Shown piece by piece: positions 28,404-37,614 of a stretch of DNA of 64,000 nt; positions within the stretch are counted from its first letter, which is position 1, and each line of letters starts with the position of its first letter. The position numbers and the translations under genes are program-made. Source of the DNA: an uncultured Chloroflexia bacterium. GTDB taxonomy: Bacteria > Chloroflexota > Dehalococcoidia > DSTF01 > JALHUB01. Where the stretch lies: NCBI GenBank assembly GCA_963703345.1, contig OY969814.1, positions 1,664,001-1,728,000 on the forward strand, written 5' to 3'. Under the pieces are notes generated by a model. That model made no database searches, had not been told where the DNA came from, and saw nothing but the letters and a program-made list of their open reading frames with translations.

Positions 28404-28467
28404 GAGCGCGTGTCTGAGACGCAGCTATAAGCACCCCGGAGCGCGTAGCCTCAAGCTCCCCGAGCGC
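28404..28467. repeat. Dispersed 58-bp repeat family, copy 2
   Basis: GAGCGCGTGTCTGAGACGCAGCTATAAGCACCCCGGAGCGCGTAGCCTCAAGCTCCCC, then GAGCGC restarts 58 bp later. Confidence 0.85.
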
Positions 28468-28546
28468 TATGGGGAATAGAACACGCTGCCTCTCCATTGA
28501 CGAGCTGGAAACGGGGCTGCGATACTGAGGCTGAGGAGGCGGAGGC

Positions 28547-28972
28547 ATGAGGGAGCAGCCGCCGTTCGAGACGTTCGACCATACCGCCGACATCGGCATC
28601 CTCGCGCGGGGCGCCACGCTCGCTGAGGCGTTCGCCAACGCCGCCAAAGCCATGTTCTCGCTGATGGTCGACCTCGATCGCGTGCAGCCGCGCGAGGAAC
28701 GTCGGATCGAAGTCGCGGCCGACGACCGGGAGTCGCTGCTGGTCGCCTGGCTGGCGGAGCTGCTGTACGTCAGCGAGGTCGACAACGTGGTCTTCAGCGG
28801 CTTCGAAGTGGACGAAATCGGCGACAACCACATCGTCGCGCGGGCATACGGCGAGCCGCTGGACCTGGAGCGCCACAATCCGAAGCTGATGATCAAGGCC
28901 GTAACGCGCCACATGCTCCAGGTCGCGCAGTCGGCCGGCGTCTGGCAGGCGCGCGTCATCCTCGACATCTAG
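28547..28972 (+). CDS. Archease
   Basis: FDHTADI, IKAVT, C-terminal ILDI; directly upstream of rtcB; TTGACG-18-GATACT promoter at 28497-28526. Confidence 0.95.
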   Translation: MREQPPFETFDHTADIGILARGATLAEAFANAAKAMFSLMVDLDRVQPREERRIEVAADDRESLLVAWLAELLYVSEVDNVVFSGFEVDEIGDNHIVARAYGEPLDLERHNPKLMIKAVTRHMLQVAQSAGVWQARVILDI

Positions 28973-28982
28973 GCGGTCTTCG

Positions 28983-30440
28983 ATGAGCAAGGGATGGCTC
29001 AACATCCTGGAGAAGGTCGACGACTACCGCTGGCGGCTGCCCGTGAGCTATAAGCCGGGCATGCGCGTCCCCGGCCTCATCTACGCCGATGAGCACCTGC
29101 TGAAGACGATGGCCGAGGACCAGGCGCTCGAGCAGGTGGCGAACGTAGCCTTCCTGCCGGGAATCGTCGGCTCCTCGCTGGCCATGCCGGACATCCACTG
29201 GGGTTACGGCTTTCCTATCGGCGGCGTGGCGGCGATGCGGCTCAGCGGCGGCGTGGTCTCGCCCGGCGGCGTCGGCTTCGACATAAACTGCGGAGCGCGC
29301 CTCATTCGGACAAACCTGACCGAAGCGGAAGTGCAGCCTTTCCTTGGCCGCCTGGCCGACCAGCTCTTCCGCGACGTGCCATCCGGCCTAGGCGCCCACG
29401 GCCCGCTCCGCCTCTCCGACCACGAGCTCGACGACCTCATGGTGCGCGGCGCGGCCTGGATGGTCGAGCGCGGCCACGGCACGGCGGACGACCTGGAGAC
29501 GACGGAATCGCGCGGCTGCCTGGCGGGCGCCGACCCGTCGACCGTCAGCCGGCGGGCGCGGGAGCGCGGACACGAGCAGCTAGGGACGCTGGGCGCGGGC
29601 AATCACTTCCTGGAGATCGAGGCGGTGGAGGCCGTGTACGACGAGGCGGCGGCGCAGGCGTTCGGGCTGTCGCTAGGCCAGGTCGTCATCGCCTTCCATT
29701 GCGGCTCGCGGGGCTTTGGGCACCAGGTGTGCCAGGACTATCTCGAAGTCATGGAGAAAGCGTCGCGTCAGTTCGAGATCTTACTCCCGGACCGACAGCT
29801 TGCCTGCGCGCCGCTGGACTCGAAGCAGGGCAAGGACTACCTCAAGGCGATGGTATCGGCGGCCAACTTCGCCTGGGCGAACCGGCAGGCTATCGCGCAC
29901 TGGACGCGACAGGCCTTTGCCCGCGTGCTGGGTCGCCCGGTCGAAGAGCTGGGGATGACGCAGGTCTACGATGTCGCGCACAACATAGCGAAGGTCGAGG
30001 AACACCGGGTCGGCGGGCAGTCGATGCGGCTGTGCGTGCACCGCAAGGGGGCGACGCGCGCCTTCCCGCCGGGCCACGCGGAGGTGCCGCCGCGCTACCG
30101 GAAGGTCGGGCAGCCGGTACTGGTGCCGGGCGACATGGGGCGCTATTCCTACGTGTGCGTCGGGACGGAGCGGGCGATGGCGGAGACGTGGGGCTCGACT
30201 TGCCACGGCGCGGGACGGCTGCAGAGCCGGGGCGCGGCGAAGCGTTCGCTACAGGGGGTCGACATCGCCGGCGGGCTGGAGCGGCGAGGGATCGTCGTGC
30301 GGGTACGGAACCGGGCGCTGCTGGCGGAGGAGGCAAGCGAGGCTTACAAGGACGTGGCGGCGGTCGTCGAGGTGCTAGACCAAGCGGGCATCTCGCGGAA
30401 GGTGGCGCGAATGCGGCCGCTGGCGGTGATCAAGGGATAA
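28983..30440 (+). CDS. rtcB: RtcB RNA ligase (archaeal-like type)
   Basis: MPDIHWGYGFPIGG, GFDINCG, GNHF, HCGSRG, HRKGATRA, CHGAGR. Confidence 0.97.
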   Translation: MSKGWLNILEKVDDYRWRLPVSYKPGMRVPGLIYADEHLLKTMAEDQALEQVANVAFLPGIVGSSLAMPDIHWGYGFPIGGVAAMRLSGGVVSPGGVGFDINCGARLIRTNLTEAEVQPFLGRLADQLFRDVPSGLGAHGPLRLSDHELDDLMVRGAAWMVERGHGTADDLETTESRGCLAGADPSTVSRRARERGHEQLGTLGAGNHFLEIEAVEAVYDEAAAQAFGLSLGQVVIAFHCGSRGFGHQVCQDYLEVMEKASRQFEILLPDRQLACAPLDSKQGKDYLKAMVSAANFAWANRQAIAHWTRQAFARVLGRPVEELGMTQVYDVAHNIAKVEEHRVGGQSMRLCVHRKGATRAFPPGHAEVPPRYRKVGQPVLVPGDMGRYSYVCVGTERAMAETWGSTCHGAGRLQSRGAAKRSLQGVDIAGGLERRGIVVRVRNRALLAEEASEAYKDVAAVVEVLDQAGISRKVARMRPLAVIKG

Positions 30441-30470
30441 CGACCAAATCGATTCGGTTTCCAATGTTGT

Positions 30471-30494
30471 GGGCGCATCGCGATGCGCCCCTAC
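30471..30494 (-). repeat. GTAG-type REP palindrome
   Basis: Minus strand GTAG followed by the perfect 20-bp palindrome GGGCGCATCGCGATGCGCCC. Confidence 0.7.
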
Positions 30495-31009
30495 TGCCTT
30501 GGCAACGATTCCTGCGTTTGTTTCAGCCAGGGGTCGATGTCCTTGAAGAAGGTGTCGAGGTCGCGGTCGTTGGCGAGGGCGGTCTGCACGTCGCCGAGCA
30601 TGGCGTCATACCGCTCAAGCATCGGGACGGCCTGCTGGTAGGTCTCCCGCAGATCCGACGGGGCAAGCTCCGAGAGCGTGGCGACGAGTCCGGCAGTCGT
30701 CGACGGCTGGCGCGAGGCGGGCCAGTAGGTGCTTGTCGAGGAGACTTCGCTGATGAGATCGCTCGTGTCTTGCGAGGACGGCTGGTCGCTGCTGGCCCAG
30801 TCGGTGGCGACGCTGAGCACGTGCGACAGGTAGTCGCCTGCGTCGCCGATGGCGGGGGTTTCGCCGCCGGCGAGGGCGAGCCCAACGTTGAGAAGCACGG
30901 CTGCGACGACCAGGGCCAGCAGCGTCGAAAGGGCGAGCCGCACGAGCGCCAGGCACGCATGCAGGGCGAGCCGCGCGACGGCGGCCGGCGCAGCGATAGG
31001 CAGCGGCAC
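30491..31009 (-). CDS. Hypothetical membrane protein
   Basis: ORF with long N-terminal hydrophobic segment; start uncertain; no family recognised. Confidence 0.55.
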   Translation of the reverse strand: MPLPIAAPAAVARLALHACLALVRLALSTLLALVVAAVLLNVGLALAGGETPAIGDAGDYLSHVLSVATDWASSDQPSSQDTSDLISEVSSTSTYWPASRQPSTTAGLVATLSELAPSDLRETYQQAVPMLERYDAMLGDVQTALANDRDLDTFFKDIDPWLKQTQESLPRQ

Positions 31010-31279
31010 ACGGCGGCGGGAGAAGCCGGGCTCTCCTTCGAGCAGATCGTAGCGGATGGCGACGCTCCCTGACAGACGCGTCTAAACGCGACCACAGGGC
31101 GGGGTTGTCGCGGGGGCCGGGACGTCGAGCCGGCCTCACATGTCTAAACGCGGCGACGGCGGCGGATATAACGATTCGACTCCGTGGGGATGGCGTAGGG
31201 GAAGCGTAAGGCTGGCGTCAAGCACCTCCCCCCGCGTACGCTTATGTTAAGCACAACCCAACGCGTGAAGGGGAATGCC

Positions 31280-32635
31280 ATGAAGAACGTCAGACTCATG
31301 TCCCTCGTGGGAGTGCTTGCTCTTGGAGCGTCGGCGCTGCTCATCGGAGCCTGCGGACGCGGCGGTGGCAGCAAAGGCGCCACGTTGACTCCCCCGCCGA
31401 CTGAGGAGCCGACCGCTACTCCGTTCCCAACGTGGACACCCGCCCCGCCACTGCCCGCGACCAGCAGCATCGAACTCAAACCGGCGGAGACGCCTACCAG
31501 TCCGAGCGAGCCGGTCGACGGACTATTCTTGGCGCAAGTCTCAACGGGACAATCGTTCCAGGTGGATACAGCGCCGGGGCCGACGCTGTATCCAGACGTA
31601 TGGCTTTCGCCAACGGAACTCGTGGTCTCGCCCCTCGTGTGGTGGAACATGCCCGACAAGAGCTATTACTTGCTGGACATCAGTGCGAAGACGCTGCGCC
31701 GTCTACCGGTCACGCTGGATGATACGGCCGTGTCCTTTTCGAACTTCAGCGGACTAATGACAAGCACGGGCGCACAAGGCGAAATCATAATATCGTCGAT
31801 TGCGGACAATCGACGGGTTGGAGCGATCGGCCGGAATCCGACGACCGTTCTGGGCGCACGGGTCTTTTGGGCTCCCGACGACAAGCACATCCTCGTTCGC
31901 GCGGCGAACAGCACTTCACAATTCATCGCTTCGGTCGAGGCTACGCCGGTCGTCGTTCCTGCTGAGACTCCTGACTATACCGGGGCCTTCTTCTGGACAC
32001 CGGATGGGCGCGCCGTGGTATTCGCCAACGCCGAAGGTATCTTTTCAACCAACGCGACGAGCGGCGAGAAGACGCGCCTCTACGCCTGGCCATCGGGGAC
32101 TAGCGAGACACACGGCGAACTGACGATTTCGGCCGACGGCAAGTACGCTCTCGCCAGCGCCAGCAGCGGCCCGCAAAGGGACGCCGTCATCGTGCCGCTG
32201 GACGGCAGGACGAAGGGGGTCCGGATCGCGTACGTCGAGTTGAGCGATGCCGCCTGGTCACCGACGGAGGACTTCCTGGCGATCATCGCCGACCGGTGTA
32301 CGCCCGATGCTAGACTGCTGCTGGTGAACGGCGACGGCGGCCTGCGCGCGACCATTTCCGGCGCTGAGTTCATCCCCACCTTTTCTCCCGACGGCACGCT
32401 TCTGGCGTATGTCGGAGGCGATCCGGCGGAAGCGGGAACGCAGGGCCAGGGCGGAACTGTGATAAGGAGCGCAACTGGGGATAATGCACTTATCGCTTTC
32501 GCTCCGGGTCTATTTAACGATGGGCCGTGGTCGCCAGACGGGCGCTGGATGGCCTACTCGCCCTCGGGGCCATCGCCGTTCGTGGACAGTTGCGCCGTGG
32601 GCGACGAGCGAACGGCAATCACGCCGTTCCCGTAG
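31280..32635 (+). CDS. Beta-propeller (TolB/PD40-like) lipoprotein, paralog 1
   Basis: Lipobox LIGAC; WAPDDKH, WTPDG, WSPTED, FSPDG, WSPDG blades; ends ITPFP. Confidence 0.82.
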   Translation: MKNVRLMSLVGVLALGASALLIGACGRGGGSKGATLTPPPTEEPTATPFPTWTPAPPLPATSSIELKPAETPTSPSEPVDGLFLAQVSTGQSFQVDTAPGPTLYPDVWLSPTELVVSPLVWWNMPDKSYYLLDISAKTLRRLPVTLDDTAVSFSNFSGLMTSTGAQGEIIISSIADNRRVGAIGRNPTTVLGARVFWAPDDKHILVRAANSTSQFIASVEATPVVVPAETPDYTGAFFWTPDGRAVVFANAEGIFSTNATSGEKTRLYAWPSGTSETHGELTISADGKYALASASSGPQRDAVIVPLDGRTKGVRIAYVELSDAAWSPTEDFLAIIADRCTPDARLLLVNGDGGLRATISGAEFIPTFSPDGTLLAYVGGDPAEAGTQGQGGTVIRSATGDNALIAFAPGLFNDGPWSPDGRWMAYSPSGPSPFVDSCAVGDERTAITPFP

Positions 32636-32746
32636 CCAACGACGGAACGGGGGCGCGGGATGTTTTCGAAAGCGCGGTCGGGTGTTTTCTATCGCAGATG
32701 TAAGTCGTAAAGTAGATACAGTCATCGAAATCGACGAGGGGTTGCC

Positions 32747-33988
32747 ATGAAGACTGCGGTTGTCGCGTCCCTTTTCGGGTTCATTCTCATCGGGTTAGCG
32801 CCTTTCGTCGCCGGCTGTGGCACCAGCGAGAGCGTGTCGGTAACGCCCGCGCCTCTTCCGGCGAGCAGCCAGGTGACGCTGGCGAAGGTGAAGGCGCCGG
32901 ACAGCAAGGCCGAGGGGACGCTTTACGTGGGCGACGCGTCGAACGGCGACATCTTCCAGGTGAAGACGAAGGTCAAGTCGCCGCTGTCGGCGGTGGAATG
33001 GCTGTCGCCGAATCAACTCATCGTCGTCAGCTACTATCACGACTACTACGTGCTCGACCTGGACGCGAAGACGCTGAACCAGCTTCCAGGCACGATGGCG
33101 GACTCGAACGTCACGTTCTCGCACGCGGGCGACATGATGGCGAGCACCGGCCCCAACGGTGAGCTGCTGATCGGGTCGGCGAAGGACGGACACCAGTTGA
33201 GCCAGGTCACGAGTAGCCCGACAGCTTACGCTCTCTGGGCGCCGGACGACAAGCACGTCTTCTGGCCCGGGGCGCCCTCCGGCATCGCCGCCGTCGGCTC
33301 GAGTTGGAAGGTTGTCACGGTGGACACCGGCGAATCGGCTCTCAACGCCACCTGGACGAGCGACAGCGGGTCGGTCGTCCTCGCGGATTCGGCGGGAGTC
33401 TATTCCATCGACGCGAACAGCGGCGCCAAGACGGCTCTCTACTCCTGGCCGACCGGCAGCAACGTGCACCCGCAAGCCCTGAAGCTCTCCACCGACGGGA
33501 GGTATGCCGTCGTCACGACGAGCAACGGCAACGGCGGCTTCCGCACGCTGATCGTGCCGCTTTCCGGCGCGTCGAAGGGCGCGCAAGTGACCGGCGTCTG
33601 GCCCGGCAACGCGCAGTGGTCACCAACGGAAGACGTGCTGGCGATCATCGCCGATTGGTGCAGGCCGGAAGCGGGGCTGCTGCTCGTCAACCCGGACGGC
33701 AGCATCAAGTCGACCATTGCCGCCGACCCGGCGCTTCAGATGCCGCGCTTCTCGCCCGACGGCCGCACGATAGCGTACGTTGGGTCGGACCCGGAGGAGG
33801 AAGGGTCGCAGGCGGTCGGGCTGGTGCTGACAAGCGTGGATGAGAACGATGTGGTCGCATTCCTGCCGGGCTTCATGGGTGACGACTCCTGGTCGCCCGA
33901 CGGCCACTGGCTGGCGTATACGCCCGGGCCGGCTCCCTATGAGTGCGCGGACACCGGCGGGAGCACGCTGATCATGCCGTTCCCCTAG
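32747..33988 (+). CDS. Beta-propeller lipoprotein, paralog 2
   Basis: Lipobox VAGC; same blade motifs; ends IMPFP. Confidence 0.82.
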   Translation: MKTAVVASLFGFILIGLAPFVAGCGTSESVSVTPAPLPASSQVTLAKVKAPDSKAEGTLYVGDASNGDIFQVKTKVKSPLSAVEWLSPNQLIVVSYYHDYYVLDLDAKTLNQLPGTMADSNVTFSHAGDMMASTGPNGELLIGSAKDGHQLSQVTSSPTAYALWAPDDKHVFWPGAPSGIAAVGSSWKVVTVDTGESALNATWTSDSGSVVLADSAGVYSIDANSGAKTALYSWPTGSNVHPQALKLSTDGRYAVVTTSNGNGGFRTLIVPLSGASKGAQVTGVWPGNAQWSPTEDVLAIIADWCRPEAGLLLVNPDGSIKSTIAADPALQMPRFSPDGRTIAYVGSDPEEEGSQAVGLVLTSVDENDVVAFLPGFMGDDSWSPDGHWLAYTPGPAPYECADTGGSTLIMPFP

Positions 33989-34130
33989 CCACTGTCGCGC
34001 AAATCATCTCCAGAGAGCCTGAAGGCTACCACTTCGGAGGAAAGCCGCAGGTAGCGTACGGCTGGCGTCGAGCACGGCCCTGAGCGTAGAGTTATGTTAA
34101 GCGCAATCCGACGCCGAGGACAGGGCTGTT

Positions 34131-35471
34131 ATGAAGAAGACCCGGGCCAGTTCGCTCCTCGGATTCCTGCCGCTCGCCGTGATTGCGCTGCTCGTGGCGG
34201 GCTGCGGGCGCGGCAACGGCTTCGAGAGCGCTGCGTCGAAAACGCCGACGCTGGAGCCGACGGAAACGCCGTTCCCCATCTGGACGCCGCCGCCGCCTAT
34301 GCCGGAGAACAGCGCGATAACGCTTGTGCCCGCAGGTCCGCCCACAAGCTATGGCGAGCTTCCGGCAGGCATCTACGTCGCTGATGCGTCTACGGGAGAG
34401 GCGTTCCAGGTGGTGACAGCGCCCGGCCCCATCTTGGAGCCCTGGGAATGGATATCTCCGACCCAGCTCGTGCTCTGCGGCTGGGAGCCACCGGACCGTA
34501 GCTGCTACTTGCTCGACCTCGATGCGAAGACGCTTCGCCGCCTTCCCCGCTCGAACGAGCACGGAATCACTGTCTCCCATTCCGGCGACCTCATGACAAC
34601 CCTGGACCTTTTCGATCTCGTCATCTCGTCGGTTGCGGACGACCGCGAGATCGGCCGGATAGTCAACGGGCCGATGGCTATCGAGAACTGGAACCCCTAC
34701 GTGAGCTGGGCACCCGATGACAAGCACATCTACGTTCGGTCGGCGGGAAGCACAACCGGCCTCATTGCCTCCGTCGAAGCCGCGCCTAAGGTTGTGGCTG
34801 CGGACACGCCCGGCGCCACCGAGACCGCAGACTGGACGCCGGACAGCCGCGCGGTGGTTTTCGCAAACGGGGACGGCGTCTTCTCAATCGATGCCACGAG
34901 CGGCGAGACGACGCGTCTCTACTCGTGGCCGGCCGGCAGCAATGTTGTTCCGGAAGAGGTCAGGCTTTCGCCGGACGGGAAGTATGCTTTGGCCGAAACG
35001 TACAAGACGCGGGAGGCTTACATCGTGCCACTGGACGGCCGGACGCAGGGGATCAGAATCACGAACGTCGAACCGAGCGACTCCGCCTGGTCGCCGACGG
35101 ATGACGTCTTGGCGCTAATAGCGGACCGCTGCACGCAGGACTCGCGGCTGGTGCTGGTTAACCCGGACGGGAGCATCCGCACGACGGTCAAGGACGCCGA
35201 CTTCATACCGCGTTTCTCCGCCGACGGCAGGATGATGGCTTTCGTGGGACCCGATCCGTCGGCGAGCGGGACGCAAGTGGCGTATGGTGTGGTCGTGAGG
35301 AGTGCCAGCGGCGACTACAGCGTCGCATCATTCGTGCCGAATCTCTTCGACGACACGACGTGGTCGCCGGACGGTCGCTGGTTCGCGGACGAGACGGGGA
35401 TTATGCCGGCGCCGTACGCGAACAGTTGCATGGAGACTTCGTCCAAGACGGAGATCACGCCGTTTCCGTAG
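34131..35471 (+). CDS. Beta-propeller lipoprotein, paralog 3
   Basis: Lipobox VAGC; same blade motifs; ends ITPFP. Confidence 0.82.
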   Translation: MKKTRASSLLGFLPLAVIALLVAGCGRGNGFESAASKTPTLEPTETPFPIWTPPPPMPENSAITLVPAGPPTSYGELPAGIYVADASTGEAFQVVTAPGPILEPWEWISPTQLVLCGWEPPDRSCYLLDLDAKTLRRLPRSNEHGITVSHSGDLMTTLDLFDLVISSVADDREIGRIVNGPMAIENWNPYVSWAPDDKHIYVRSAGSTTGLIASVEAAPKVVAADTPGATETADWTPDSRAVVFANGDGVFSIDATSGETTRLYSWPAGSNVVPEEVRLSPDGKYALAETYKTREAYIVPLDGRTQGIRITNVEPSDSAWSPTDDVLALIADRCTQDSRLVLVNPDGSIRTTVKDADFIPRFSADGRMMAFVGPDPSASGTQVAYGVVVRSASGDYSVASFVPNLFDDTTWSPDGRWFADETGIMPAPYANSCMETSSKTEITPFP

Positions 35472-35612
35472 GCCCCACGCTCGCGCGGACGAAAGGGGCC
35501 GGCCGGTCGGCCGACCCCTGAATCGTTCGCCGAATCGTCCATAATCTCTCTTGGGCTCGTTCTTGACGGTGGGCCATTTGCCGTTTATCATCCTCGCGAA
35601 CGGGGTGCGCAC

Positions 35613-36392
35613 ATGTTCCTTCCTCGATTGTGTCGTCGTTATGTTTACTCCCTGCCGATTCTACTGATCGCGATTGCAGCATTGTCTTCGGGCTGCATGT
35701 GGGGTGTCGTCACCGATGCCACCACTGGTGCCCCGATTGGCGGCGCAAAGGTCACGCTGACGGATCAACGCGGCCAGAGCGTCACAACCACGACAGATGA
35801 ACAGGGAGTCTTTAGCCTCAGTCCAACAAATCTTGCGCCTCTGTTCCACGCGACCATCAAGGCCCAAGCACCAGGCTATGGTGCAATCACCCAACTTCTC
35901 GGCCGGAACCCAACGGCCTTCGAATTGCTCCGGGGAACGTTCGCCTACTACCATGACAAGGTTATGCACCTCTCGCTCTTCTTTCCGGCGGGTTGGACGA
36001 TAGGCGACCCCGATACCGTTCCGCTGGGTGACGCCTCGGCACCTGACGACAAGAACACGTTCTGTGTGATGATGGCAGATCCGATAACTGGCGGAAGCCT
36101 AGACTCCACAATGAACAATCTGCTGGCAGTGATAGGAATATTTGATACAAACTACAAGTTTGCGAAGACGGTCGATACCACCGTAAAAGGTTTGCCTGCG
36201 GTGAAGACTCGCGAATACCCGGCGGATGGGAGCTTTCAGACAAGGCAGGGAGCCTCGGAGTCCCTGAACTACTTGATCGGCCTCAACGACACGTGGGCAT
36301 ACAACATTTCGTGCCAGACCTCGGAAGCCCAGTACCGGCAGTGGGAACCGAAGTTCGAGGCGATTGTCCACAGCCTGACTCTGGACAAGTAG
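35613..36392 (+). CDS. Lipoprotein with carboxypeptidase-regulatory-like domain and possible PsbP-like domain
   Basis: Lipobox SSGC; GVVTDATTGAPIGGAKV..TTTDEQGVF..APGY; FPAGW and FEAIVHSL typical of PsbP-like folds. Confidence 0.65.
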   Translation: MFLPRLCRRYVYSLPILLIAIAALSSGCMWGVVTDATTGAPIGGAKVTLTDQRGQSVTTTTDEQGVFSLSPTNLAPLFHATIKAQAPGYGAITQLLGRNPTAFELLRGTFAYYHDKVMHLSLFFPAGWTIGDPDTVPLGDASAPDDKNTFCVMMADPITGGSLDSTMNNLLAVIGIFDTNYKFAKTVDTTVKGLPAVKTREYPADGSFQTRQGASESLNYLIGLNDTWAYNISCQTSEAQYRQWEPKFEAIVHSLTLDK

Positions 36393-36463
36393 TCGGCGCG
36401 ACATAGCCCTGGCACGCGCGTGCCTCCGGCGCAGATTCGGGGTCGGGCAACATCTGCGTGGAT

Positions 36464-36541
36464 CTTCCCACCATCCCACCCTAGAAAGGTTTTTTATCTG
36501 GGGGACACCCCCAGACCCCCGGGCTCCCTCTGCACACCCTC
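36464..36541 (-). repeat. G/C-tract repeat element, left copy flanking mscS
   Basis: Contains TCTGGGGGACACCCCCAGA hairpin; reverse complement resembles 37454-37550. Confidence 0.7.
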
Positions 36542-36556
36542 TTTTCGACTAGGGCC

Positions 36557-37405
36557 TCACCAGCGTAGCTCTATGCGCTCGGCGTCAAACGCTTTCTTCA
36601 GGCGACGGCGCAGCTCTCCCATGACGTCCCACTGACGCATCGGCTTGGTCACGCCCAGCACTTTCAGGGAGACGCCGCTGTCCTTGAAGGCGTCAACGCG
36701 CTCGACGTGCGGCGCCTGGGTGATCAGCGAGCCGTAGTCGAGGTCGGCGGCCAGCTCGCGGCCCACGGCGTCGATGATGGCGGTCGCTTTGTCGAGATCG
36801 GCGTCGTAAGCGACGGTGACGCTCATGTTCACGCCCGACCAGTCGCGGGTGTAGTTGCTGGAAACGCGGATCTCGCTGTTGGGCACGCTGTAAACGACGC
36901 CGTCGAGGTCGCGCAGGACGGTGCGCCTCAGGTTCACTTCTTCGACGCGGCCGGTCACGCCGGCAACAGTCACGACGTCGCCGATGCCGAACTGGTTCTC
37001 GATGAGGATGAACAGGCCGTTCAGGGTGTCGCGGACGAGGGCCTGGGCGCCAAAGCCGATGGCGATGCCGGCGATGCCCACGCCGGCCAGCAACGCGCCG
37101 ATGTTGACGCTCAGCTCCGGCAGGACCATCAGCAGGGCGACGACGCCCAGCGCAACCTCCGCTGTCCGCAGGAAGGCGTTGACGAGGGTGGCCGAGCGCT
37201 TGGAGGTCTCTTCCGCAGGCCGTCCGAGCATCTGCCGTCGCACGGCGGCATCGATGACGGGCGGAACGACGATGCGCAGGAAGACGAAGACGGCAAGGAT
37301 GACGGCGACGATAACGACGATCTTCAGTCCGTGGGTAATGAGCCAGTCGCCGACGCGGTCGCCGGTGACGCGGGCGAAGAGAAGGGTTGCGAGGGCGGCG
37401 TTCAT
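36557..37405 (-). CDS. mscS: Small-conductance mechanosensitive channel
   Basis: AGVGIAGIAIGFGAQ, QFGIGD, GRVEEVNLRRT, VPNSEI. Confidence 0.93.
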   Translation of the reverse strand: MNAALATLLFARVTGDRVGDWLITHGLKIVVIVAVILAVFVFLRIVVPPVIDAAVRRQMLGRPAEETSKRSATLVNAFLRTAEVALGVVALLMVLPELSVNIGALLAGVGIAGIAIGFGAQALVRDTLNGLFILIENQFGIGDVVTVAGVTGRVEEVNLRRTVLRDLDGVVYSVPNSEIRVSSNYTRDWSGVNMSVTVAYDADLDKATAIIDAVGRELAADLDYGSLITQAPHVERVDAFKDSGVSLKVLGVTKPMRQWDVMGELRRRLKKAFDAERIELRW

Positions 37406-37453
37406 GCGGCCTATTCTACGCCAGCCAGCGTTCGAATTTCCAACCGCGAATCA

Positions 37454-37550
37454 GGGGGAGTGAAGAGGGGGAAATCCCCCTCTTCCAGGGGTCACAGGGG
37501 ATGTGCCCCTGGGATTGCAGAAAACCAGACTAGGGCGGGCGGGTGGGAAG
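37454..37550 (+). repeat. G/C-tract repeat element, right copy flanking mscS
   Basis: GAAGAGGGGGAAATCCCCCTCTTC hairpin, CAGGGG/CCCCTG hairpin, ends AAAACC..CTAGGGCGGGCGGGTGGGAAG. Confidence 0.7.
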
Positions 37551-37614
37551 AAGAACGCAGCTTTGCGCACCGGGGAGCAGGCGGGGGACGGCGAGCGAGC
37601 GCGGTTTTACGCAC

